A DNA stretch of 64,000 nt from NCBI GenBank assembly GCA_964234715.1, contig OZ174279.1. One strand, written 5' to 3'. Source of the DNA: Podarcis melisellensis. Taxonomy: Eukaryota. The translations under genes were made by a program, and so were the position numbers. The notes under the pieces were generated by a model. That model was not told the origin of the DNA. It ran no database searches and was given only the letters and a program-made list of their open reading frames with translations. Positions 23,119 through 34,470 of this stretch are shown piece by piece. Each line of letters starts with the position of its first letter. Within the stretch, counting starts at the first letter, position 1.

Positions 23119-23659
23119 GTAAGACATGAATATTGTCTCCATTATTATTTTTTGTATATGTGTGTGCACGCATCCTTTCCACACATTTTGCAGTCATTAA
23201 AAAAGGCATTTGAAGTATCCCTGTGAGTTGCAGCCACACTTCCTCACTCATTGTGTCATCTTGGAGAGCATTTTACTTTATTTTTAAAAATCGTCTACAT
23301 CCTGCATTTGTGCCTCAGAATGAGACACTTGGGGCAGCTCAGTCAAAATCAAAATTCAAAAACAAGTCAAAATTACACACACATACACACAACCACAACC
23401 ACAACCTAGACTGGTAGCTGGTGACAAGCACACAAGCACATCAGCTGTGAGCGAGAAAACTTGGAGGGCTAGAACAATAATTAAAAATCAACTATGCCAA
23501 AGGCTTGCTGGAACTGGAAGATATTCTTCTTGGCAGAAAACACCATCAGGTGGAAAGCCAAATGGATCTCCCAGGGCAGAATGTTCCAAAGTTTGGAAAC
23601 CACTTACTAGTTATTATGATGGGCTGTAGCTGAATCCTGCTAGGACACTAACACTGTGG

Positions 23660-24560
23660 ATAAGTTGTTCCCAGGACTGAGAATTAGGGGATTTGTCTGT
23701 TTGGGGTGGGGGTTGCACTCACACTCAAGGAACCGGTACGCAGCTCTTGCAACCATCTTTGTCCATGGACGCCCAGGAGGCCTCTGTGGCAAAAAGCACT
23801 TGTCACCAGCTTCAGCTGGTATGTCAACTGCTCCCTTTCCTGGGCAGGGATAATTTTGCCAAACCTTATGTTTGGACTATCATAATGCTCTCTATGTGAG
23901 GCTTCCTTCCCTTGTAGCTGGTTGAGAAGCTGCAGTTGGGGCAGAGCACCACAGCCTATTCTGGTGAATGGTGTTCCTTATTGGTCACATAGACTAGCTA
24001 AGGGATCTGCACTGACTGCCTATTAGCCACTGAGACAGTTTTACAGTCCTGCTACTTACATATAAAGCCCTAAATAGTTGGATCTGGCTACCTGGGAAAA
24101 ATAAATACTGCCCTCCATTGCCTATTAAGGGCATAAAGATCAGCAAATGGGAACCGGTTAGTTTTGCTGCAACCTGATTATTGGGTTATTGGTTAGCACG
24201 GTAGTGGGTTTTTCCACTGGTGGCACCAGTGTTGTGGAATGCCTTCCCTGCTGATAGAGGAGAGTCCTCATCTGCACTGGCATTCTGCTGACTCTTGAAG
24301 AGGCACCTGTTCAGGCAACTATTCACCTGAACTTGAATTCTTTTTTTAAAAAATCCAGCTATTTAATTGATTATTTTACCTGTTTAATAGTTCGTGTGTT
24401 TTTTTAGCGGGTTTGTTTTGTTGCACATTTTAAATATGGACATTTTTAACACTTTGATGTGCATTATTGTTATTATATTGATTTTAGACTTGGTTTTATG
24501 CCTGTAAACCACTTCCGAACCATTATGGCATGTAAGCAGTATGTAAAGCAATCTTTGATC
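23660..24560 (+). mobile_element. Highly degraded L2-like LINE 3' region; limits approximate
   Basis: tggcaccagtgttgtggaatgccttccct...cacctgttcaggca and a terminal tgtaaaccacttccgaacc resemble L2 3' ends. Confidence 0.45.
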
Positions 24561-25009
24561 AAGATAAAAATCCATCTAATGCTTTATAACCAAGTAACAT
24601 CCAATTATATATTTTGAAAACAGAATAAACAATGTTATGACCCCCTAACTTAGGACACCCTATCTTAGGAGGCTCACCCATATTGTGAGATTCATAGTAC
24701 ATAGTACACATCTGCTCAGTGGGATGTATTCCTAGGAAATTAGATATAGGAAGGATGGGGAACCTGTGGCCCTGTCTATTGGCTGGGGCTAATATAAGTT
24801 TCAGTACCAAAACATATGGAAGGCCACAGGTTTCGCATCCCTGAGGTATAAGATTGCAACCTCAGAGACTAGCAGTACAAGCAACTGGGTCTCTCCTGAT
24901 GAATTCAAAGATAGCCTCATTGGTAGGAAGCAGTTCCTTAGGTATCCTAGTCTATATGGGTTCTCAAACGATGGTCTGCAGGCTTCATTCAGGTGGCCTG
25001 TGGCATATA

Positions 25010-25833
25010 CCGTATTTTTCACTCTATAGGATGCACTTTTCCCCCTCCAAAAATGAAGGGGGAAAATGTGTGCGACCTATGGAGCGAATGCAGGCTTTCG
25101 CTGAAGCCTGGAGAGCGAGAGGGGTCGGTGCGCACCTACCCCTCTCATGTTCCAGGCTTCAGGAAGCTATCTGCAAGCCTGCGGAGCCCGGCGGGAACTC
25201 CCACCAGGCTCCGCAGGCTGGCAGACAGCTGCCTGCAGCCCGAAGCCCAGGGAGCGTGTCGCTGTGCACCCTGGACTTTGGGCAGCCTTCTGCAAGCCTT
25301 CGGAGCCCGGCGGGAGTTCCCGCCAGGCTCCCAAGGCTTGCGGATAGCAGCCTGCTGCCCCCGAAGCCAAAACAGCGAGACGGGGTGCTGCACAGCCCTC
25401 GGTCTCGCTGTTCCAGCTTCGGGATGGCTGCGCAAAGCCTCCGCAGGGTGATGGGGTGAAGGCACCCCGCCGTCCTGCGGAGGCTTGAAAGGCTGTTCCC
25501 GAAGCCAAAACAGCGAGACGGGGCGCAGCGCAGCCCTCCGTCTCGCTGTTCCAGCTTCGGGATGGCTGTGCAAAGCTGCCGCCCTGCGGAGGCTACAAAC
25601 AATGTCCCCGAAGCCTCAAGCCTTTGGAGTGCAGCTGCGCTCCAAAGGCTTCAGGGATCTTTGAGGCTGGCGGTGGGGGAAAGCAGCGCTTCCCCCCACC
25701 GCCAGCCCCACAAGCTTGGGGGGCAGCGGCAAGGCCTGCTCTTGAACGCACCTTGTTTTTGAGGGGGAGAACAAGAATTCCCCCCCCCCTATTCTCCCCC
25801 TCCTATGGTCCGGTGCGTCCTATAGTCGCACGG
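25010..25833. mobile_element. CCGTA-TIR non-autonomous element with a GC/CpG-rich multi-hairpin interior, nested in an older hAT-like MITE (~24955-25980)
   Basis: TA|CCGTATTTTTCACTCTATAGGATGCAC...GTGCGTCCTATAGTCGCACGG|TA; shares the gcattcgctcca subterminal motif (inverted) with the other copies. Confidence 0.8.
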
Positions 25834-26813
25834 TATTTTACAGTATTTTAAAAATAGAATTAAAAAACATGCAGCATCTAGCACAGTGCATTAGTTGCTA
25901 CAACAGGCAGAAAAATCACTAAGCGATCCACCAAGACCTTCAGCAATTTTCAAGGGGGGAAAAAAAATTGGAAACCACTGTTGTAGTCTGAAGCTGTTTA
26001 CAGCTTTAAGAAACAATCTTGCTTAGAAACAACCCAGAAGCCAGTGAAGATGAAAAGCGGCAACTTTCAGTGGTTTTGCTCAGGCTCCTTCCTACCCGTG
26101 TACATCGTGCTAAACCATTGATTTATCTAATTTATTTGTATAAACTTTTCAAGAAAAAAATATCTCGCCCCATTTTTTTTTTTACAAACCAGATGTGAAA
26201 CAAAAAATGAAATTAAGTTTGACCACATAAAACACCACAAAAAGCTCATAACAATATTTCAAAAGTTCACTAAACCATGGTTTAGGATTGTATACAAATG
26301 TGTTCTGTTGCTCACAATCATACAGAGATACTAAGGGATCTAGTTCATTTTATTATAAATTTATATTTGTTTTAATCAAGCAGGATAATTTATTACTTTG
26401 CTTGACACAGTATGTTTAGAAATCTCACTGCTTTACTTTTCCACGTGTCCTCTGACTCCAGTTCCTTTTCTTTCTTTTTATTTTGCTTGTGCACATTTTT
26501 CATAGTTCAGTTCACATATTTCCATACTTCAGCATCCATTTGAGAAAGTTAGTGATTTTCTTTGACTTTCTGTACAACATAAACACTCATGAATTCGCAT
26601 TCCATTTTGCTTGAATCATCAGAAAGCCTTTGATTTCAATATTTGTGCAGATGGACAAGTTTGTTTAATCAAAACTGTGCAGTGTGGCAAAATGCAAAGT
26701 TTCTGTCAAAAACAAACCAAGCTTGATGTCTTATTACTATTAATAAACTACTGTATGTTAAGATGTTTCAGTCATGTAATACTGATGATTCTTGTAATCT
26801 TTGTGACCTCTAG

Positions 26814-26914
26814 CTTTGGAACAACTATTTCCACCTTGCTGTTGCTTTTCTTACCCAAGAGTCACTACAGCTGGAGAACTTTTCAAGTACTAAAAGATGC
26901 AAAATCCTTAACAA
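26814..26914 (+). CDS. DOCK1: DOCK1 internal exon (101 bp): [33 protein letters not shown](K)
   Basis: ctctAG acceptor at 26812-26813; GTAAGT donor at 26915; DOCK-A family motif [21 protein letters not shown]; phase 0 in, phase 2 out. Confidence 0.97.
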
Positions 26915-29195
26915 GTAAGTTGCATTCCACATATAAAATCATGAGCAGGAGCACGAGGGAATTATTAACATAATGTTGCTTTAACTGCTTAGAAAATTCA
27001 AGATGCATTGAGAAGCAATCATAGTATGATGAAAGGTTAGTCTTGAAACCATGAATCAAGTATTTATCATATTCTTTAGACTCGCGTCAAGATACAAAAT
27101 TACTGGATAAAGCAAATGTTTATCTTGTAGTATATTCATGGAGTCAAGAAATTTAAGAATGAACATATTAGAGAAATCTTTTTTAAAAGCCACTTTAGCT
27201 TTTTGCTTATCCTAATCTCATTTGATGAGAATGCTTTATTCCCTAATTCCTACAGGTCTTGTAGCTAATCTCCATAACTGCTGTGAATTTCAGTGTGATA
27301 TCTCTAAAGAATGTTTTGTTGCCACAGACTTGTACCTTGGTTAAAACGGATTAACTTGCCTACCTTTCAACAGGGAATTTATTCGTTTTATACTATATTT
27401 CATAGCATTTTTTTTTATTAAAAAAAAGAAGCAACATGCTGTGGTATTCGGAAGAATGAAGGTTTGTCCCTTTGTTTTCAATTGCCTTCATTGATTTTAG
27501 CTGTGATGCGAAATCTCCTTAATTTAATTATTTTTAAAGGACTTGTTTTTTTGTGTAAGGCTGAGCCTTAAAAGACATTGGATTGGAGCCAAAGATGCCA
27601 TTCCATCACATACAAAGAGTCCTTCCTTCAAGACTAAGGCCTCTAAGTTAGTGAAAGTTTTCCCTTTATGGAAGGTGGAGAGACAGTTTGTACTTTCTCT
27701 CCCTGCATGCCAGGTTCCATGGCGTTCCACAGTGTTCTCTGTTTTTCTAGAGCAGATTTCCAGAGGCCTGCATGGGGAACGGGGAATCTGCAAAAATCAC
27801 CTCTCTCCTTTCCATTAGTGAACAGCATGAGTGTTCTTTTTGTGAATGGAACCGCACTGCATGAGTTTTGAATTTAACATAGTGTTTCCTTGTGCTGAGA
27901 AAGACAAAACGTTGCATAATTTTAAACAATGTGAAGTTCATTTCAGAGTGGGGGAAAAAGAATCACTCCTACATGGAGTACACAGAAAAAAATATATGAA
28001 ATACTCAGATTGTGATAATGCCAAGGAAATTGTATGCTAGTCCCTGCCTGCCTCAGCCCTACCATTCTGCATAAAAGTTTTATCAGCATGTAATGGTTAA
28101 CTGCAATTTACATCTACACAAACCTAAATTTGGCTCTTGGTTATCCAGAATTTAGGCCACCCTGAATTAGGATTAGATGTAGCAGTGGGCAATAAGGTGA
28201 TGGCAGGCTGTACAAATGTGTTTTAGGGGTTATAGTAAAGGATATATGGAATTAAGAAAAAACACTTTGGTTTTAACATGTTGCATTAAGGGCTTTCCAT
28301 GTTCACTCAAGATAGGAAATTACAGTTGTTAAGGACCACACTCTAAAGAAACATGTTATTTTGGCATTGTTGTATGGTATTTTATCCCATGGTTAGTTCC
28401 GGCTTCACAAACTACCTTGCAACTGGATGACAGTTAATAGTAGAGAGTGGTGGAACTTTGTCCTGGATATTTTTGTTCTCTGGAGTAGACTCATGGAGTC
28501 TTTGCAACAGATGCGATCAAGCAACTGAAGCTTTGTATGGTATGTTAATATGTAAACTCCACAGAAAGTTCTGCAGCTTTTTATTATTCCTGTGCATTAA
28601 AAAGGAAAGCTGTGGATGTAATTCTCATCTGTCCAAAGGACATTGTTCCACATGTCTTGTGGTTCGTTCAAATGCAATTTTGCAAACCAAAGCTGTGCTG
28701 CCATGTTCTTTCTAGAGAGACAAGGCTTTCTCCTGGAAACCCTTCCAAACAAACCATACTCGTTTAGTCTTTTTATAATTGTACTGTCATGAATTTTAAC
28801 ATTTAATATGCTAACGCAGGCCTGTAGAGCCTTAGATGTACTTCTTGGTTGTTGTTTTTTACAATTTCTCTGAGCATTGCACGGTCTGACTTTGGGGTGA
28901 GTTAGCTGGGATATCCCCTCCTGAGAAGATCGGCAACTGTCTTGAAAGTTTTCCACTTTTGAATAATCTTTCTCACTGTAGAATGATAGACTTTATATTG
29001 GTTGGAGATGACCTTAGAACTGTTCCCAGTTTCATGGGCAGGAGCACAAGAGCATTGTGTCATCCTTCCTCCTTGGCATTGTGTTAAAACACACCTGAAT
29101 GCTCCAGACCAGCAAACTCCTAAAATTTCAGCTTTTATAAGGGTGGGCACACTTGCTGATGATCAATTAAGCAAGGGCATTTGATTAGCACCTAC

Positions 29196-29592
29196 CTACC
29201 TAACAGTTCGAAACAGTGGCGTAGCGTGGGGGGTGCAGGGGGGGCCGGCCGCACCGGGCGCAACATCTGGGGGTTAGGGTTAGGGGGCGCAAATCCACGG
29301 GTTAGGGGGCACAAATTACTTGCCTTGCCCCGGGTGTTGACAACCCACGCTACGCCACTGGTTCGAAAGCACGTCAAAGTGCAAGTAGATAAATGAGTAC
29401 TGCTCCCGCAGGAAAGTAAACGGCGTTTCCGTGCACTGCTCTGGCTCGCCAGAAGCAGCTTAGTCATGTTGGCCACATGACCCGGAAGCTGTCTGTGGAC
29501 AAATGCCAGCTCTCTGGGCCTATAGAGCGAGATGAGCACGCAACCCCAGAGTCGCCTATGAGTGGACCTAACGGTCAGGGGTACCTTTACCT
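29196..29592 (+). mobile_element. 5'-truncated Sauria SINE carrying a hAT MITE
   Basis: gttcgaaagcacgtcaaagtgcaagtagataaat...gtcatgttggccacatgacccggaag...tacctttacc. Confidence 0.88.
29214..29360. mobile_element. 147-bp hAT MITE with telomeric-like TTAGGG repeats
   Basis: Perfect 17-bp TIR CAGTGGCGTAGCGTGGG/CCCACGCTACGCCACTG; perfect 8-bp TSD gttcgaaa. Confidence 0.92.
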
Positions 29593-29701
29593 ATGTAAAA
29601 CCACAGAATTCAAAGAAGGTGCACTTCCTTTCCCCCACGACAGTGTGTTTAGTTTGATTCATTCATGTATAGTAACCATTGGCAAAATTTGCATTTACAA
29701 A

Positions 29702-29703
<2 letters not shown>

Positions 29704-29735
<32 letters not shown>
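29704..29735. repeat. (TG)n microsatellite
   Basis: Direct reading. Confidence 0.95.
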
Positions 29736-29739
<4 letters not shown>

Positions 29740-30510
29740 GAGATAAAGAAGTGCATGGACTCATCCACTTTTTATGTATTCATCATTTCCAAATCCAAAA
29801 TAAAGTATCACTTCTGATTTCTGCAGATTTGCTGGGCATTCAGATCCATTGTAGTATCTCAGCAGATGTCATGGTAGTTGTGGGGGAGGGGGCATCCTTT
29901 GGTACTTGCTGAATACAGCTCTTCTTAGTTCATTTTCTAGGGCAGGCAATGTATGCTAAGAATATGCATAAAAGTAAAACATTCTTAAGTCTGTGCAGTG
30001 TGTTTTCTCCAGCTATTAGAGACTGAGAAATGGATAATACTCTCATTAATCTACACAAACACCCCCACGCTCTCAAGGGACAGTTATGTAATATGCCGAT
30101 AAGGCAAACTGAAATTCCCACAGGTGAAACGTTTACAGAAAATGCAGCAAAGACGCTGGAGTAGAGCTTTTTTCTTCCCTCAAGGAAGAATGAGAAATGC
30201 AGATGTTAGACTGGGAGCTACCATGCAAGCTTTTGTGTGTGTGTTTTATCATCTCTATGATTTGAGAATGTAATTTAATTTCTGCAAGCTTTTCCCTACA
30301 CATAACAATGGTTGTATTGCCTAACAAATTCAATAGACCTAAAGATATAAAGTGCATTGGGCTCCTAAATAAGACTCCTAAATAACTAGCAAATCATTTA
30401 TCCTAGGTTGCTTAAAAAACAACAACAACCCAGACATAATTTGATTACAATGCTGAAAGGGTGAAATAATACAAAGAGCATTTTTATCAATAAATTTGCA
30501 TTCTTTCTAG

Positions 30511-30569
30511 GTATGGCGATATGAGAAGACAAATTGGCTTTGAGATCCGTGACATGTGGTATAACCTGG
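30511..30569 (+). CDS. DOCK1: DOCK1 internal exon (59 bp): (K)YGDMRRQIGFEIRDMWYNL(G)
   Basis: ttctttctAG acceptor; GTAAGT donor at 30570; conserved YGDMR..IRDMWYNLG motif; phase 2 in, phase 1 out. Confidence 0.97.
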
Positions 30570-32312
30570 GTAAGTAGGATCCCCACTATCTGATCCTTGA
30601 ATAATCAGCACATCCTGATTAGTTGAATTCACTGCATTTTTGTAGCATTAGCGCTGTGCTTATAAGGTTTGTGCAAAGTTCTGGTTGCACAAATATTTTG
30701 GCAGTATCTAACTTACACATTTAATTAAGTTTATTTATTGCAGCAGCTACTCAGGGCCATTTCTTGCATGGCAGCTGTTATGTTGAAGAAGTGGCTGCCA
30801 CCAGCATGCACAGTTTCCCCCCATGGTTCTTGTTATGACTGATGCACAAAGGCAGTTCCCAGCAGTTTCTCATGTGACAGCCACGGTATAAGGATTGGTC
30901 CTCACTAGTTTGAACTCTTCTTTGAACACATTCTATCCATTTTAAGATCGGTTTTGCTGAAAGAACCCTCTTAATCAGTTCATAGGATGGACAAAGCTTT
31001 GTTAAGCAAGCAAATTTCATAAGTGTTGCATTAAATATCTATCTTAGTTGTTTTGTTGCTGTCATAGCATAAGTGAAATTTTCTCACACAGTCCTTTGAG
31101 ATGTAATGTAGGTAATGATACTCTAATGGTTTTCAATAATCAACAGGCACACAGATTAACACCAAGGTTCTCTGGAAGAAATACTTTTAAAGCCCTCTTC
31201 CCATTGGCATTAGAAATATTGAGTGACCATACCATCCAAAAAAGGAGAGAGTTCTAGATGTATTTTAGAAAGTGCATAGGTAATATGGAGAGGCAGCATT
31301 CTCAATGATTTCACAGATTTTGGCATAAAAGCTCTGTAATTACTAAATTATCTGTAATCACCAATATGAAAAATTCTCCTTATACTAATATTTCCATTGA
31401 TATGGACACTATACCTCTTTTGATGTTTAGCCATGTCTTTGCTCTGCATGAATTATACAGGATTTGCTATAATATAAATTATGACAGCTGAATCACTTAA
31501 GTAGCTGCGAGTTTCTGATATTGTAAAGCTGCCAATATTACTTACTTTTCACCTGAACATTGGCTAACTTACTCTTGCTATATTCTTAAATGACTCTGAT
31601 GCAGAAAAAAAGAAAGAAAACCTTATGTATAATCAGCCAGAATTGTAGAGTGTTTAATACGAAACAATGAAGCAGTCAAACTCTGATATATCTTCTGATT
31701 ATTACATGAGTTTGTGATGAAAGAGAGAATTCACATTCATCTCTCTATGATTTGGAAGTGCACTCTGTTTGAACTATGGCGTTATGTAGGGAAGGAAAAT
31801 AAGACTTTAGTAATGCTTTTGGGGAATAGCTCGGTTCTGTTTTTATTAAGAAAGACTTGAGTGCATTAGTGAGTAGAGACCAGGATAAACTAAATGCATA
31901 ATAATATACAAGTGACAGACATATACCCGGAATGTCTCATTTTAAAAGAGTAAACTAAGCTCAGCTCTTCCAGTCAATTACTACCAAAAATCTTCTTTTG
32001 AGTGTTCCATTGCACACACATCCTGATCCAAGATAGAGTACTTGGACCTAAGTCCTTTTGATATCACATGTGCAGCCATTAAAAGGACTGGCTTCATGTG
32101 AGCAAAGGAAGACATGGAACTCAGGCTGCTGAGTAACTTGTTTCTCCAAGAATGCCTGGTGTATTTCAACTCCATACAATGAACCCACACCTTTCAACTC
32201 CCACCCTCATGTTTTCTTCTACCCAGGCATGGCCAGGCAAAGCCACTGAAAAAGCCAACAGCGTTGGCTTTAGTATACAGATACGGTTTAAATCCTGGTG
32301 TCTTGTCCTTTA

Positions 32313-32526
32313 CAGTGGTAGCTCAGGTTACATATGCTTCAGGTTACAGACTCCACTAACCCAGAAATATTACTTCGGGTTAAGAACTTTGCTTCAGGAT
32401 GAGAACAGAAATCGTGCTCCGGCAGTGTGAGGCCCCATTAGCGAAAGTGGTGCTTCAGGTTAAGAACAGTTTCAGGTTAAGAACAGACCTCTGGAACGAA
32501 TATGTACTTAACCCGAGGTACCACTG
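32313..32526. mobile_element. Tigger-type MITE
   Basis: TA|CAGTGGTAGCTCAGGTTA...TAACCCGAGGTACCACTG|TA; repeated cttcaggttaagaac motif. Confidence 0.85.
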
Positions 32527-34470
32527 TATTCTCAAACTATCTGGTTTTCATTATTCTGATTGCATTTTTTTTAAAAAAAAAATTCAGTGCAGACTGCCAG
32601 AATAATCAAGCTGCTGACTTTAGGAATTTCCCAGTTGCCATCAAACAGTCTCGGAGCAGGTGGGAGGCCCTGCTGACCACGACATATCAAGCAGCAACTG
32701 CAGCAGGGAAGTGACATGCTTGCTACCTTTCACATGCTGAAATATGCTGCTTCTGAAGAGCCCTGAGGGAGTAGGCACAGGCTGATGGCACCATCTCCTC
32801 TTTTTTTATTCTGTAATTTGGGGGTAGGTGGATTTCTTGCCCCCAACCTAAGATGGGACCGTCTCAGCACTAAAATGGCCTTTTTTCTGATAATAAGGGA
32901 AGGATTATAAATTAGAGAGCAAGAAAAGTATTTTTTAAAAAAGTATATCCTTACATACATGGTTTAAAAAATGTCAAAAGTGTATTCCAGGTTGCAGGTT
33001 GGAATTCAAAAGTTGATGGTAGTTGATCCAAATGACCTACATGTTACTGGGAAAGAGTGTTATGGTTAAGATTTATACAAACATTAGTAAACTGTTTGTT
33101 TATCAGAAAACCGAGGAGGAAAATGCAGTTTATAAAAAATTAAAGTTAAAAATGTTACCAACAAAATCTAGGAATTGCCAAGGTTGTTGCTAAAAAGCAA
33201 AACTTTAGGATCAAGTAAAACTATAATTTCTTCAACACAAATCTGCGTAATTGAATCTTCCATACTCTGATAACTGGTATTTTGAAATCCACCTGTCTCT
33301 GTTAAGCAGAGAAAGACCTTCTAAGATCATGGCCAGTCCACAAAAAATGATGCTTCATACTCATAGATTATGCATCCACTTGCTTGCTCAACAGCCTTGC
33401 ACTGAGACGATGCGGTGATAATGCTGAAATAACAGAATGAATTAGTATATGTTTGTTTTACAAATGAATTCCTAATATAATACCAGAGACATTAGGCATG
33501 TGAAATAAATTGTTACCATGGTGATACCTAATTTACAACACATGAATAAATTCATAAAATCATAATAAAATGGCATGTTGACCATTTCAATCAGTTTGTT
33601 GTGGGCAACAATCCATATAGGTTCTTTTTATAAGTACAGTAAGTATATAGATAGTATTAAAGTACTGGAGAAGTTTCCCTGAAAAATCTTTAGGAGTCCT
33701 GGAAGCCACAGAATCTCAGTCTCAGGGAATTATTTTCTTTGTTAATTAATATCTGCACTAATTATCTTGCTACTTCCTCAGATGTGATCAGGAGTTAATA
33801 ACTGTCACTTTGCTTCTTTAGCTCAGTCACCATAATCACCTCACATGCTGATGCCTGTGCTGGGATAGACTCATCTTATGTTGGAGGAAAGACATCTAGC
33901 TACCAACATACTTTAAATATCTGCCAAAAGCACCCCCCAGATAAACAGGTTTCAATTATTTTTTGGTATGGGGCTCCATTCCTTCAAAGTGGTTGAATAG
34001 CTTCACTGAATAGTTTGAACAATAGTACTCTGATTGAGGGACACGGATGGTGCTGTAGTCTAAACCACTGAGCGTCTTGGGCTTCCCGATCAGAAGGTCA
34101 GCGGTTTGAATCCCCATGACGGGTTGAGCTCCCATTGCTCGGTCCCTGCTGCCAACCTAGCAGTTTGAAAATACAGTGGTGCCCCGCAAGACGAAATTAA
34201 TTCGTTCCGCAATTTTTGTCGTCTAGCGAATTTTTCGTCTTGCGAAGCACGAAATCCCATAGGAATGCATTGAAAATCAATTAATGCGTTCCTATGGTCA
34301 AAAAAAGTCCAAACAAAGCCAAATTTGGTACAACAACAGTTTATTAACTGCTCTTTAAAGTCACACATACTGTAAAGAGCAGTTCAAAAATTGAAGGGAA
34401 AATAAATTAACTTTATAAACATGACAGAAAAACATTTAAAAATCAACAAAGTGCACAGTACATACATTTT

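Larger units (their letters stand above)
28450..29645 (-). pseudogene. Decayed Tc1-like transposon/transposase, interrupted by a Sauria SINE; limits approximate
   Basis: Frameshifted peptides HSTVRKIIQKWKTFKTVADLLRRGYPS and IHDSTIIKRLNEYGLFGRVSRRKPCLS...WFAKLH...WNNVLWTDE; TIR-like ggtgcacttcctttccccc at ~29618-29636. Confidence 0.85.

Noticed and set aside
24854-25851. Cluster of ORFs on both strands
   Set aside because: GC-rich hairpin interior of a MITE; stop codons are depleted by composition.
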